Shown here: one piece after another, positions 18,739 through 27,677 of the stretch
Layout: the number at the start of each line of letters is the position of its first letter
How positions within the stretch are numbered: the first letter of the stretch is position 1
Assembly: GCA_017531315.1 (NCBI GenBank)
Contig: JAFXLH010000100.1
Location: forward strand, 1 to 40,422
DNA: 40,422 bases
DNA from: Bacillota bacterium
GTDB lineage: Bacteria; Bacillota; Dehalobacteriia; UBA4068
Reading direction: 5' to 3'
The notes under the pieces: model-generated
The model's input: the letters and a program-made list of their open reading frames with translations, nothing else
The model's database searches: none
Told to the model about the DNA's origin: nothing
Position numbers and translations under genes: made by a program

Positions 18739-20700
18739 TCAGCCGATGCGGGCACCGGGGGTCATACCGGGGACTTCCACTACCTGCAGGGTCTCCCCTA
18801 CCAGAGCGGAAAGCAGCATGCCCTGAGATTCGATGCCGCGGATCTTGCGCGGAGCGAGGTTGGCGATGAGCACCAGATGCTTGCCCACCAGTTCTTCCGG
18901 AGCATAGTGCATAGCGATGCCGGAAAGTACGGTGCGCTCTTCCAGACCCATATTGAGGCGGAATTTGAGCAGCTTATCGGCCTTCGGCACTTTTTCGCAT
19001 TCCAGAACTTCGACCACGCGCAGATCGAGCTTGGCGAAGTCTTCGATGCCAATCATATCGGTGCTAAGCGGTTCCAGCTGGCTTTCTTCTTCGGCAGCAG
19101 CCTCTTCAGCAGCAGCGGCGGCATCAATGGCGGCAGCTTCTTCAGCAGCGGCAGCTTCCATGGCAGCGATATCGATGCGCGGGAACAGCGGTTCGCCGCG
19201 GTCGATCTTGGTATCGGCAGGGAAAGAGCCCCAAGTGAGGGATTCCCAAGTGTGCAGGTCGGTGCGGTCGGTGATGCCCAGCTGCTTCCAGACCTTTTCG
19301 GCCAGGGTGGGCATGACCGGGGAGATCATGATGGTGGTGAGACGGACGACTTCTACCATGTTGTAGAGTACGCTGGCCAGTTTGCCCTTTTCGCCGGCCT
19401 TATTCAGCGCCCACGGAGCGGCATCATCAATGTACTTGTTGGCTTTGGCGACCAGCTTCCACAGCTCGGCGATGGCATTGGCCCATTCCATCTTGTCCAT
19501 CAGCTCGGCAAAGCGGGCGGGAGTGGCCTTGGCCAGCTCGATCAGCTCGGCATCAAATTCGGTAGGTTCACCGGGAGCCAGTACGATGCTGCCCTGGAAC
19601 TTATCGATCATACCGGTGGAACGGGAGAGCAGATTGCCGTAGTCATTAGCCAGGTCTACGTTGATACGCAGAGCGAGGTTATGCTCGTTGTAGTTGCAAT
19701 CCTGACCGTAGGGCATTTCGCGCATCAGGAAGTAACGGATGGCGTCAACGCCGTAGCGTTCGCAGAGGACGAAGGGATTGACTACATTGCCCTTGGATTT
19801 GCTCATCTTGTCATTGTCGATGAGTACCCAGCCGTGACCCAGAACGCACTTGGGCAGCGGCAGTTCGGCAGCCATCAGCATGATCGGCCAGATGATGGTA
19901 TGGAAGCGGATGATGTCTTTACCGACGAGATGTACATCGGCCGGCCAGAACTTGTTGTAGAGGCTGCCGTCGCCGGTATTGGCCAGCGCGGAGATGTAGT
20001 TGGAAAGAGCATCGAACCAGACGTATACGACATGCTTGCCGTCAAAGGGAACCGGGATGCCCCAGTTGAAGGTAGTGCGGGAGATGCACAGATCTTCCAG
20101 GCCCTGCTTGACGAAGTTGACCATTTCGTTGCGGCGGCTTTCCGGACGGATGAAGTCAGGGTTGGCTTCGATGAATTCCAGCCAGCGATCCGCATATTTG
20201 CTCATTTTGAAGAAGTAACTTTCTTCCTGCATACGTTCTACGGGGCGGCCGCAGTCCGGGCAGATATGCTCTTCGCCTACCTGACGTTCGGTGAAGAAAG
20301 CTTCGTCGGGAGTGCAGTACCAGCCTTCGTAGGTGGACTTATAGATATCGCCCTTATCGTAGATCTTCTGGAACAGATCCTGAACATATTTGATATGACG
20401 GTCATCGGTAGTACGGATGAAATCATCATAGTCGATGTGCAGCAGTTCCCACAGCTTTTTGAAGTTTTCGCTGATCTTATCGACGAATTCCTGCGGTTCT
20501 ACACCGGCGGCAACGGCACGGCGCTGGATCTTCTGGCCGTGTTCATCGGTACCGGTAAGGAAGTAGGCATCATAACCGCGCATCTTTTTATATCTGGTCA
20601 TGGTATCGGCCGCAACAGTGGTATATGCGTGGCCGATATGCGGATTATCACTGGGATAGTAAATGGGGGTAGTAATGTAAAACGTAGGCTTCTCAGTCAT
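18739..20700 (-). CDS. metG: Methionine--tRNA ligase with C-terminal tRNA-binding (Trbp111/EMAP-like) domain
   Basis: PHIGHAYT (HIGH) and KMSKSKGN motifs and a CPDCG zinc knuckle. An Ala/Glu-rich linker precedes the C-terminal OB domain. RBS is AAGGAGG. Confidence 0.97.
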   Translation of the reverse strand: MTEKPTFYITTPIYYPSDNPHIGHAYTTVAADTMTRYKKMRGYDAYFLTGTDEHGQKIQRRAVAAGVEPQEFVDKISENFKKLWELLHIDYDDFIRTTDDRHIKYVQDLFQKIYDKGDIYKSTYEGWYCTPDEAFFTERQVGEEHICPDCGRPVERMQEESYFFKMSKYADRWLEFIEANPDFIRPESRRNEMVNFVKQGLEDLCISRTTFNWGIPVPFDGKHVVYVWFDALSNYISALANTGDGSLYNKFWPADVHLVGKDIIRFHTIIWPIMLMAAELPLPKCVLGHGWVLIDNDKMSKSKGNVVNPFVLCERYGVDAIRYFLMREMPYGQDCNYNEHNLALRINVDLANDYGNLLSRSTGMIDKFQGSIVLAPGEPTEFDAELIELAKATPARFAELMDKMEWANAIAELWKLVAKANKYIDDAAPWALNKAGEKGKLASVLYNMVEVVRLTTIMISPVMPTLAEKVWKQLGITDRTDLHTWESLTWGSFPADTKIDRGEPLFPRIDIAAMEAAAAEEAAAIDAAAAAEEAAAEEESQLEPLSTDMIGIEDFAKLDLRVVEVLECEKVPKADKLLKFRLNMGLEERTVLSGIAMHYAPEELVGKHLVLIANLAPRKIRGIESQGMLLSALVGETLQVVEVPGMTPGARIG

Positions 20701-20750
20701 GGGAAAAGGCCTCCTTAAATGATGAAAAATCGGGGTTACTCCATCTAATA

Positions 20751-20779
20751 ATGATAACAGTTAACTGCGGTTTAGTCAA
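20751..20779 (-). promoter_or_regulatory. Sigma-A promoter of metG (short leader, no T-box)
   Basis: Minus strand reads TTGACT-17 nt-TATCAT, about 50 nt upstream of the metG ATG. Confidence 0.6.
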
Positions 20780-20802
20780 GCAAAAGGCGCATCAGTGACA
20801 AC

Positions 20803-20830
20803 AAAAAGGGCGACCGTTTTCCGGCCGCCC
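20803..20830 (-). terminator. Intrinsic terminator after ileS
   Basis: Minus strand reads GGGCGGCCG-gaaaa-CGGTCGCCC followed by TTTTTGTTG. Confidence 0.8.
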
Positions 20831-20846
20831 TTGAGGCTAAATATGC

Positions 20847-23615
20847 TTATTTGTTCATGACGCTGCAGCAGCGGTCGCACAGTTCGGGAGTTTCGGCATT
20901 TTTGCCGACGCTTTCGCTGTGGATCCAGCAGCGGCTGCATTTTTCGCCATCGGCGGTATGTACTTCGGCGCGGAATTCGGCTTCCGCATCATGCAGTACT
21001 ACCTGCGATACGATGAAGATCTTGGCCAGCTCATCCTTGACGGAAGCCAGAGCGGCGGCAGAAGCTTCATCCGGCCAGATCTCGACTTTGGCATCGAGGG
21101 AGTGGCCGATAACATTGGCGGCTCTCACCTTCTCCAGCTCCTTGCTGACCAGTTCGCGGCAAGCGAGAATGGTTTCCCAGCGGGCCATCAGCTCATCATC
21201 GCAGATAGCAGCATCAACTTCCGGCATATCCAGCAGCTGAGCGGATACGGGGGCATCGGCAGCCTTGGGCATATAGGAGTAGATCTCTTCGGTGGTGAAA
21301 GAGAGGATCGGCGCCAGCATGCGGACCAGAGCATCGATGGTCTTGTACAGTACGGTCTGCATGGAGCGGCGGCGCTGGCAATCCGGATCATCGGCATAGA
21401 TGTCCTTGATCACGTCGAGGTAGAAAGAGCTCATGTCGACGACGCAGAACTTGTGGATGCTGTGATATACTACGTGGAATTCGTAGTTATCGTAGGCTTC
21501 TCTGACCTTGGCGATCAGATTCTGCAGCTGGATCATCGCCCAGCGGTCGATCTCCGGCATATCCTTGAAGTCGACCATATGCTTATCGAGGTCGAAATCG
21601 TAGAGGTTGCTCAGCATATAGCGGGCAGTGTTGCGGATCTTGCGGTAAGCTTCGGAAACCTGCTTCAAGATAGAGGGAGCGCAGGCGATATCGGAACGGT
21701 AGTCGGTGGAAGATACCCACAGACGCAGCACGTCGGCGCCCATCTGCTCGACGACCTTCAGCGGGTCGGTGGTGTTGCCCAGAGACTTGGACTGCTTGAT
21801 GCCCTTATCGTCCACGATGAAGCCGTGAGTGAGAACAGCCTTATAGGGAGCTACGCCACGGTTGGCGATGGAGATGCACAGGGAGGAGTTGAACCAGCCA
21901 CGATGCTGGTCGCTGCCTTCCAGATAGAGGTCTGCCGGCCAGCGCTGACCGTCCCAATGCTCGAGTACGGCAAAGTGGCTGCTGCCGGAATCGAACCATA
22001 CGTCCATGGTGTCGGTCTCTTTGCGGAAGTGAGTGCCGCCGCATTTGGGGCAAGTGAAGCCGGTAGGCAGCAGGTCTTCTTCGCCGAGGCCAAACCAGGT
22101 GTTACTGCCGATCAGGCCGTCTTTGCCTTCGCGGTACAGCTTCTGCAGGTGGGCGATGGTTTCGTCGTTGATCACAGTTTCACCGCAATCTTCGCAGTAG
22201 AAGATCGGGATCGGTACACCCCAGGTACGCTGGCGGGAAATGCACCAGTCGCCGCGGTCACGGATCATGTTGTAGATGCGGTCATGGCCCCAGGACGGGA
22301 TCCACTGCACGCCGTCGATGGCATCCAGCGCGGTCTGGCGGAAGCTGTCGATGGAAGCAAACCACTGTTCGGTGGCGCGGAAGAGGATGGGAGTATGGCA
22401 GCGCCAGCAATGCGGATACTGGTGACCAAACATTTTCAGCTGGATCAGCGCGCCGCATTCTTCGAGCATCTTAGCAACGACCTTGCCGCCGGCGGTGGTA
22501 TCCATGCCTTCGAGGCCGGGAGCTTCTTCGGTGAAGCGGCCCTTGCCGTCGACCGGGCACAGTACCGGCAGATCGTAGTTTTTGCCCACGATAAAGTCGT
22601 CGGCGCCGTGGCCGGGAGCGGTATGTACGCAGCCGGTACCGGCATCGAGAGTGACATGGCTGCCGAGGATGATCAGGGAGTCGCGATCATACAGCGGGTG
22701 TTTGCAGGTGATGTATTCCAGTTCTCTGCCGCCAAATTCGGCTAAAACGGTGTAAGGCATATCCTTGCGGCCGGTATCTGCCAGGAAGGCTGCTACCAGG
22801 TCTTTGGCCATGACGAGCTTGGTGCCTTCCAGATCGATCATCACATAGGTGAAGTCGGGGTTGATGCAGATGGCGACGTTGGCCGGGATAGTCCACGGGG
22901 TGGTGGTCCAGATGACAAAGTAGGCATCGGTAGGCAGCTTATCTTTGCCGTCGTTTACCTGGAATTTAACATAAATGGAAGCAGACTTGTGATCCTGATA
23001 TTCGATTTCGGCTTCGGCGAGCGCAGTCTCGCAGCTGGGGCACCAGTAAACCGGCTTCAAGCCCTTATAGATGCAGCCCTTCTTGGCCATTTCGCCAAAA
23101 GCGGCGATCTGCACGGCTTCGTATTCCGGCTTCAGGGTGATATAGGGGTTATCCCATTCGCCAAATACGCCCAGACGCTTGAAGGATTCACGCTGCTGGC
23201 CTACATACTTTTCGGCAAAGCCGCGGCATTTTTCGCGGAATTCCACCTTGCTGACCTTATCGCGGTTGAGACCCAGGTCTTTGATGGCGCGCTGCTCGAT
23301 GGGCAGGCCGTGGGTATCCCAGCCGGGAACATACGGAGCGTCAAAGCCGGCCATGGATTTATATTTGACGATGATGTCTTTGAGGATCTTATTCAGAGCA
23401 TGGCCAATGTGGATATCGCCGTTGGCATAGGGCGGGCCATCGTGCAGGATAAAGGTAGGACGACCGGCGTTCTTTTCGCGTACCAGGCGGTAAATATCCA
23501 TTTCCTGCCACTTTTTCAGCATTTCCGGTTCTTTCTGGGGCAGATTGCCGCGCATCGGGAACTCGGTCTGCGGCAGATTCAAAGTTTTGCCATAATCTTT
23601 CTTTTCTTCAGTCAT
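20847..23615 (-). CDS. ileS: Isoleucine--tRNA ligase
   Basis: 922 aa with [16 protein letters not shown] (HIGH), KQSKSLGN (KMSKS) and C-terminal zinc-binding Cys pairs. Confidence 0.97.
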   Translation of the reverse strand: MTEEKKDYGKTLNLPQTEFPMRGNLPQKEPEMLKKWQEMDIYRLVREKNAGRPTFILHDGPPYANGDIHIGHALNKILKDIIVKYKSMAGFDAPYVPGWDTHGLPIEQRAIKDLGLNRDKVSKVEFREKCRGFAEKYVGQQRESFKRLGVFGEWDNPYITLKPEYEAVQIAAFGEMAKKGCIYKGLKPVYWCPSCETALAEAEIEYQDHKSASIYVKFQVNDGKDKLPTDAYFVIWTTTPWTIPANVAICINPDFTYVMIDLEGTKLVMAKDLVAAFLADTGRKDMPYTVLAEFGGRELEYITCKHPLYDRDSLIILGSHVTLDAGTGCVHTAPGHGADDFIVGKNYDLPVLCPVDGKGRFTEEAPGLEGMDTTAGGKVVAKMLEECGALIQLKMFGHQYPHCWRCHTPILFRATEQWFASIDSFRQTALDAIDGVQWIPSWGHDRIYNMIRDRGDWCISRQRTWGVPIPIFYCEDCGETVINDETIAHLQKLYREGKDGLIGSNTWFGLGEEDLLPTGFTCPKCGGTHFRKETDTMDVWFDSGSSHFAVLEHWDGQRWPADLYLEGSDQHRGWFNSSLCISIANRGVAPYKAVLTHGFIVDDKGIKQSKSLGNTTDPLKVVEQMGADVLRLWVSSTDYRSDIACAPSILKQVSEAYRKIRNTARYMLSNLYDFDLDKHMVDFKDMPEIDRWAMIQLQNLIAKVREAYDNYEFHVVYHSIHKFCVVDMSSFYLDVIKDIYADDPDCQRRRSMQTVLYKTIDALVRMLAPILSFTTEEIYSYMPKAADAPVSAQLLDMPEVDAAICDDELMARWETILACRELVSKELEKVRAANVIGHSLDAKVEIWPDEASAAALASVKDELAKIFIVSQVVLHDAEAEFRAEVHTADGEKCSRCWIHSESVGKNAETPELCDRCCSVMNK

Positions 23616-23673
23616 GGGATTTTTGGTTCTCCTTCCCTATTGTTGCAATATACTGCGTTGCCTTGCGGCAAAT

Positions 23674-23895
23674 AAAAAGAGCTTTCGCCAGATAGGGACG
23701 AAAGCTCCGCGGTACCACCCTGATTGCCGACAGATGCCGGCCACTCATGCGCATAACGGACGCCGCCGTGCGGAGCTCAAAACTTCGCGCCGCAGACTCA
23801 GAGGCGATGGGATATATGCGGCCATTGCCCGGCTTTCACCATCCCGGGCTCGCTGGGAACAGCTGATGCATATTCCGCCCTCATCACAGTCGATG
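23674..23895 (-). promoter_or_regulatory. T-box riboswitch leader of ileS (Ile specifier)
   Basis: On the minus strand: a GTGATGA/CTGAG K-turn-like base at stem I, then AGCGAG...GGTGAAAG distal motifs. ATC triplets sit on the 3' side of the predicted specifier loop (23811-23813 and 23806-23808, the latter followed by a purine). The T-box sequence AGGGTGGTACCGCGG lies at 23707-23721. A terminator GAGCTTTCG-N11-CGAAAGCTC plus TTTTTAT lies at 23674-23707 and overlaps the T-box. Confidence 0.88.
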
Positions 23896-23914
23896 ACATA
23901 TTAAACAGATAATA

Positions 23915-24178
23915 CTACATAAAAATGAACAGGATGCGATAGCACATACGCTCCAAAATGCCAAGCACGATGAACAGTACTATCGGTGAAAAATCCAAAC
24001 CACCGACAATGGGGATATAGTGGCGGATCACATCCAGCGGGGGCTCGGTAAGCTCCCAGACAAAGCGGGAAAAGGCATTATCGCCCATCCGGATCCAGCT
24101 GAAAATAACATTCAGCACTACCAAAAAAGAATAGACGCTGAATACTGCCGAGATGACTCGGTAAAGTAAATAAATAAT
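23915..24178 (-). CDS. YggT/YlmG-family membrane protein; start codon uncertain
   Basis: YggT-like sequence (WELTEPPLDVIRHYIPIVGGLDFSPIVLFIVL). The ORF track starts at TTG 24124, but the frame is open 18 codons further upstream (IIYLLYRVISAVFSVYSF, a plausible first TM helix). That extension has only ATT codons at 24178 and 24175, 7 nt after GGGAGG. Confidence 0.6.
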   Translation of the reverse strand: MIYLLYRVISAVFSVYSFLVVLNVIFSWIRMGDNAFSRFVWELTEPPLDVIRHYIPIVGGLDFSPIVLFIVLGILERMCYRILFIFM

Positions 24179-24202
24179 GGGAATACCTCCCTTTAGGTGG
24201 GC

Positions 24203-24691
24203 TTATTTACGCAGCCACTGATCGGTGGAAAAGCGCGGATCGCGGCCGAAGGGATCGGCAGCGGCAGTGGCTTCGGCAGCCTGAGCGTCTTTGTCCATGA
24301 TCTGGCCAAACATATCAACATCAGAAGAACTGAAGATGAAGGTACCGCCGGAGACCTTGCGCGGTACGCCGTTTAAGGCAAAGGTAGCGCCGGAGAGGAA
24401 GTCTACCATACGCTGGGCAACATCCTTGTCCATATCTTCAAAGTTGACCACGGCAACTTTGCGTTCTTTGATATGACGGGCAATATCCTGCATATCATCA
24501 TAAGAAGTGGCTTTGATCAGCACCATTTCCATAGCGCCGTCAGCTTTCTGATCTTTAGCGGGCACGCTGATCAGATGAGCCTTTTTATTCTGTTTATTTT
24601 CTGCAGCGGCAGCAGTATTGCCGCCCTCGGCTGCAACTTCTTCTTCCGTACGCGGGAAAAAGAAATCTCCCATTTTATCGATGAAACCCAA
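24203..24691 (-). CDS. sepF: Cell division protein SepF
   Basis: Conserved C-terminal domain (VLIKATSYDDMQDIARHIKERKVAVVNFEDMD...). TTG start at 24691 gives MGFIDKMGDFFF, the typical SepF N-terminus, and is preceded by AAAGGGG. Confidence 0.88.
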   Translation of the reverse strand: MGFIDKMGDFFFPRTEEEVAAEGGNTAAAAENKQNKKAHLISVPAKDQKADGAMEMVLIKATSYDDMQDIARHIKERKVAVVNFEDMDKDVAQRMVDFLSGATFALNGVPRKVSGGTFIFSSSDVDMFGQIMDKDAQAAEATAAADPFGRDPRFSTDQWLRK

Positions 24692-24787
24692 GACAATCGC
24701 CCCTTTCACTTCGAGAAGACCATAATTATACAGATTCTCGTTCAAAAATATTTCTCCGTCTTTTGCTGCATTCCTGCACAAAAACGG

Positions 24788-25480
24788 TTAAACATTATAA
24801 TTTCTTGCGCCAAAAATGGCGCTGCCCACGCGCACCAGCGTGGCGCCTTCTTCAATGGCTACCTGATAGTCGCCGCTCATGCCCATGGAAAGATGGTGCA
24901 GCCGCATACCGCGTTTGCCGTCTTCCCTATCCCGCAGCTCGCGCAGGCGGGCAAACAGCGGGCGCGCCTCTTCCGCATCATCCACCGCCGGGCCGATGGT
25001 CATCAGCCCCTGCACCTGCAAATGCGGCAGCCCGGCCAGCAAATCGAGGAAATCTGGCAGCTCTTCTTCGTAGATGCCGGATTTGCTGTCTTCTTTGGCC
25101 AGATTCACCTGCACCAGCACCGGCAGCAGTCGGCTTCTGGCGGCGGCGCGTTTTTCCAGCTCCAGCGCCAGCTCCGGGCGATCCAGCGAATGGATCAGGC
25201 AGGCCGCGTCCACAGCTTTGGCAGCTTTATTGGTTTGCAGATGGCCGATCATATGCCAGCTGGCCTGCGGAAAAGCCGCCTGCTTGGTCACCATTTCCTG
25301 CACCTTGTTTTCGCCAAAGTGCAGCTGACCGGCGGCAAGTGCTTCTGCCACCATTTCCTGCGGCTTGGTCTTGCTGACGGCGATCAGCGTCACCTCTGCC
25401 GCAGCGTGGCTGCCGCGCTGCTGTGCAGCCCTGATCTCGGCCTGCACGCGGCTTATAGCTTCAGCAATAGAATTGCTCAT
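24788..25480 (-). CDS. yggS: YggS/YlmE-family pyridoxal-phosphate homeostasis protein
   Basis: 230 aa with VTLIAVSKTKP (PLP lysine) and the HMIGHLQTNK motif. Confidence 0.92.
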   Translation of the reverse strand: MSNSIAEAISRVQAEIRAAQQRGSHAAAEVTLIAVSKTKPQEMVAEALAAGQLHFGENKVQEMVTKQAAFPQASWHMIGHLQTNKAAKAVDAACLIHSLDRPELALELEKRAAARSRLLPVLVQVNLAKEDSKSGIYEEELPDFLDLLAGLPHLQVQGLMTIGPAVDDAEEARPLFARLRELRDREDGKRGMRLHHLSMGMSGDYQVAIEEGATLVRVGSAIFGARNYNV

Positions 25481-26430
25481 TTCTTATACACTTTCTGCCC
25501 CTCACGGGCTTTGGCGGGATTAAGCACGATGGTCTTACCGGCGACGATGCCGCTTACCTGCAGATATTCGCCCAGGTCGCGCTCCACTTCTACCAGCGCA
25601 TAAGCCAGACGACCGTTGTGCTTGTAGTAGATGCCGCAGTTGCCGTCAGCATCCAGATAAACCGCCTGATACGGCACCATGATGCCGCTGACGGTTTCCG
25701 TGACCACTTCTACCTGCTGCTCGCGAATGCTCAGCAATACATCGTAACTGGAATCGATCTTGACCACCAGATAATGACAATCATCGCCGTTCAGCTTATT
25801 GATGATGCTGCCCTTGATCAGCGTGCCGTCTTCCAGGTAGAGGCTCAGCTTGCTGCCCAGCAAATGCAGATCGGCATCACCGGGAAGCTGCAGGTAGAGC
25901 TGATAATCGCGCAGATTGTCAATGATCTTGGCGCGGCCGCTGTTGGAAGTGATGATCTCTTCCGTATCATCGGCATCGTCAGCCACCGGCTCGGCATTAA
26001 GCTCGTCAAAGATGGCATCCAGCTCTTTCAGCGTCGGTTTTTCGCCCGGCGCATGCTCCTCCCAGCCATCCAGCGTATAGGAGACCACGCCGCTGTACTT
26101 GGCGGTGAGCATGGTATGCACGCCGCCTTCGCTGACGATATGGGCGATGACCGTGCCATCCTTCACCCTCTCCCCTGCCGCGATAACAGGAGTCACCTCG
26201 CCGATGACGCCGGAGCGCAGCAGATGCTCATCGCGCAGCACCAGCATCTGAGCAGGCTCGGTCACTTCCATACTGGCTTGCTGAGAAGTGCCGAATTGCA
26301 GGCTGCGGTACTGAACAAAGCTGATCAGCGAGGTAATACCAAAGTAGCAGATAAACAGCAGCAGCAGCGCAGCGGCAATGTCTACCCAGCGGGTACGGTG
26401 TATTCTCTTGCGCGAATGCTGCTCAGTCAT
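25477..26430 (-). CDS. Membrane-anchored protein with HlyD/biotinyl-lipoyl-like barrel-sandwich features; function unknown
   Basis: 317 aa with a single N-terminal TM helix and a lipoyl-like segment (GEVTPVIAAGERVKDGTVIAHI). RBS is AAGGAG. Overlaps the yggS start by 4 nt. Confidence 0.5.
   Translation of the reverse strand: MTEQHSRKRIHRTRWVDIAAALLLLFICYFGITSLISFVQYRSLQFGTSQQASMEVTEPAQMLVLRDEHLLRSGVIGEVTPVIAAGERVKDGTVIAHIVSEGGVHTMLTAKYSGVVSYTLDGWEEHAPGEKPTLKELDAIFDELNAEPVADDADDTEEIITSNSGRAKIIDNLRDYQLYLQLPGDADLHLLGSKLSLYLEDGTLIKGSIINKLNGDDCHYLVVKIDSSYDVLLSIREQQVEVVTETVSGIMVPYQAVYLDADGNCGIYYKHNGRLAYALVEVERDLGEYLQVSGIVAGKTIVLNPAKAREGQKVYKK
26170..26181 (-). repeat. Degenerate polar motif copy gcGGCAGGGGAG
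   Basis: 10/12 match with the core 7/8, inside the HlyD-like gene. Confidence 0.6.
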
Positions 26431-26460
26431 GGGGCATACTCCTTATCAGGGCAAATACAG

Positions 26461-26952
26461 TTATTCCGCGGCATTTTCGTGGGTGATGCCATTTTCCTTC
26501 AGCTCGCGCTGCAGGTTGCGGATCTCGTCAATGAACGTAGAAATATCTTCAAAATTGCGGTATACGCTGGCAAAGCGTACATAGGCTACCTGATCGATAG
26601 CGCGCAGATGCGTCATTACCATTTCACCGATTTCCTTGGAAGAGACCTCGCGCTCCAGATTGTTACGCAGTTCGCGCTCGATATCATGCACCATCTGTTC
26701 CAGCACAGCTACCGGCACAGCGCGCTTATCGCAGGCCTTCAGCAAGCCGGAGAGGATCTTATTGGCATCAAACAGCTCGCGGCGGTTATCCGATTTGACA
26801 ACGACCAGCGGCAGTTCTTCGATGCGTTCATAAGTAGTAAAGCGCTTGCCGCACTGCAAGCATTCACGACGGCGACGAATACTTCTGCCGTCTTCTACCG
26901 GGCGGGAATCCAATACTCGAGAGTCTTCAAAGCCGCAAAATACACAGCGCAT
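26461..26952 (-). CDS. nrdR: Transcriptional repressor NrdR
   Basis: MRCVFCGFEDSRVLDSR...CLQCGKRFTTYE zinc ribbon plus an ATP-cone domain. ATG 26952 is preceded by AAGGAGG. Confidence 0.95.
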   Translation of the reverse strand: MRCVFCGFEDSRVLDSRPVEDGRSIRRRRECLQCGKRFTTYERIEELPLVVVKSDNRRELFDANKILSGLLKACDKRAVPVAVLEQMVHDIERELRNNLEREVSSKEIGEMVMTHLRAIDQVAYVRFASVYRNFEDISTFIDEIRNLQRELKENGITHENAAE

Positions 26953-27019
26953 GGTTCTTCCTCCTTGAATTAGGTTGAACAATGATGTACAGCCGATAAT
27001 CCCAGCTATACTAACTTAT

Positions 27020-27048
27020 ATTATACCCTACAATATCTTGCAGAGCAA
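27020..27048 (-). promoter_or_regulatory. Candidate sigma-A promoter of nrdR
   Basis: Minus strand reads TTGCTC-17 nt-TATAAT. The -10 is perfect and the -35 is weak. Confidence 0.45.
27028..27043. promoter_or_regulatory. Candidate NrdR box (proximal)
   Basis: CTACAATATCTTGCAG against the recalled consensus acaCwAtATaTwGtgt (about 10/16). Lies in the spacer of the nrdR promoter. Confidence 0.35.
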
Positions 27049-27059
27049 GTATTTTTTAG

Positions 27060-27075
27060 TGACAATATATATAGT
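27060..27075. promoter_or_regulatory. Candidate NrdR box (distal)
   Basis: TGACAATATATATAGT (about 12/16 to the consensus), starting exactly 32 bp from the proximal box. That spacing is typical of tandem NrdR boxes. Confidence 0.4.
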
Positions 27076-27161
27076 TTTGGTTGAAGAATGGCAATTATCC
27101 GCCCTATCTCGCCTGTCATATGCAGGCAGCATTTTACATAAGCTGTACCGAGGTGAAAACG

Positions 27162-27425
27162 ATGATCAGAGTATCCGAATTACGGCGCAAAGATGTCATA
27201 GATAATAACAGCGGACAAAAGCTGGGCTATATCCGTGATGTGGATATGGATCCGTACAGCGGGCGCATCTTAACGCTGCTGATACCCGGCAGCGGCCGCT
27301 GGAAAGGACTGTGGGGACGCAGCGATGATCTGCTGATACAATGGCAGCAGATCGTCAAAATCGGTATGGATGTAATATTGGTAGACGCCGGGCCACCCCT
27401 CTCTTCCATAGAAAAACCGCAATAA
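27162..27425 (+). CDS. ylmC: YlmC/YmxH-family sporulation protein (PRC-barrel)
   Basis: 87 aa (MIRVSELRRKDVID...GYIRDVDMD...IQWQQIVKIGMDVILVD). ATG 27162 is preceded by GAGGTGA. Confidence 0.88.
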   Translation: MIRVSELRRKDVIDNNSGQKLGYIRDVDMDPYSGRILTLLIPGSGRWKGLWGRSDDLLIQWQQIVKIGMDVILVDAGPPLSSIEKPQ

Positions 27426-27665
27426 AAAAGAGCTGCTATTATGCTCCCCCCTCATAAGAAACCATAGCCAGGCGGAACATTCTTTTGGCCTGTATCTGCG
27501 TTGTTTTTCTCGGGTTACATTCCGTGTAGCCCTGCGAAAAGCCGCCTTGATACAGGCGCAAAATCTCTGTCCCGCCTGGGTAAACATCAAGGCCGCAGGT
27601 GTAAAACCTGCGGCCTTTTGATCTATGTTTTCTTATTCGGGGGTCGCTGCGAGCAGCTCTTTTTT
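27424..27665. repeat. 242-bp nested imperfect palindrome filling the ylmC / 5'-nucleotidase intergenic gap
   Basis: Paired arms are 27424-27436/27653-27665 (13/13, AAAAAAGAGCTGC/GCAGCTCTTTTTT), 27446-27467/27623-27643, 27468-27478/27569-27579 (10/11) and 27488-27496/27549-27557 (9/9). The apex hairpin is 27512-27518/27526-27532. A side-branch hairpin lies at 27591-27615. Confidence 0.75.
27591..27619 (+). terminator. Terminator-like hairpin inside the palindromic element
   Basis: GGCCGCAGG-tgtaaaa-CCTGCGGCC followed by TTTTG on the plus strand. The U-tract on the minus strand is weaker. Confidence 0.6.
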
Positions 27666-27677
27666 GGTAGATTCAGC

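Noticed and set aside
19060-19175. A GCAGC/GGCGGC-rich, repeat-looking stretch inside metG.
   Set aside because: It translates in frame to an Ala/Glu-rich linker (AAMEAAAAEEAAAIDAAAAAEEAAAEEE) between the catalytic body and the C-terminal tRNA-binding domain. It is low-complexity coding sequence, not a tandem repeat or a CRISPR-like array.
27124-27160. ATTTTACATAA upstream of ylmC resembles the XerD arm of the dif site (10/11).
   Set aside because: The adjacent 6 + 11 nt (GCTGTA CCGAGGTGAAA) show no TTATG-type second arm, so it is not a dif or IMEX attachment site. It is probably a chance AT-rich match in a promoter/RBS region.
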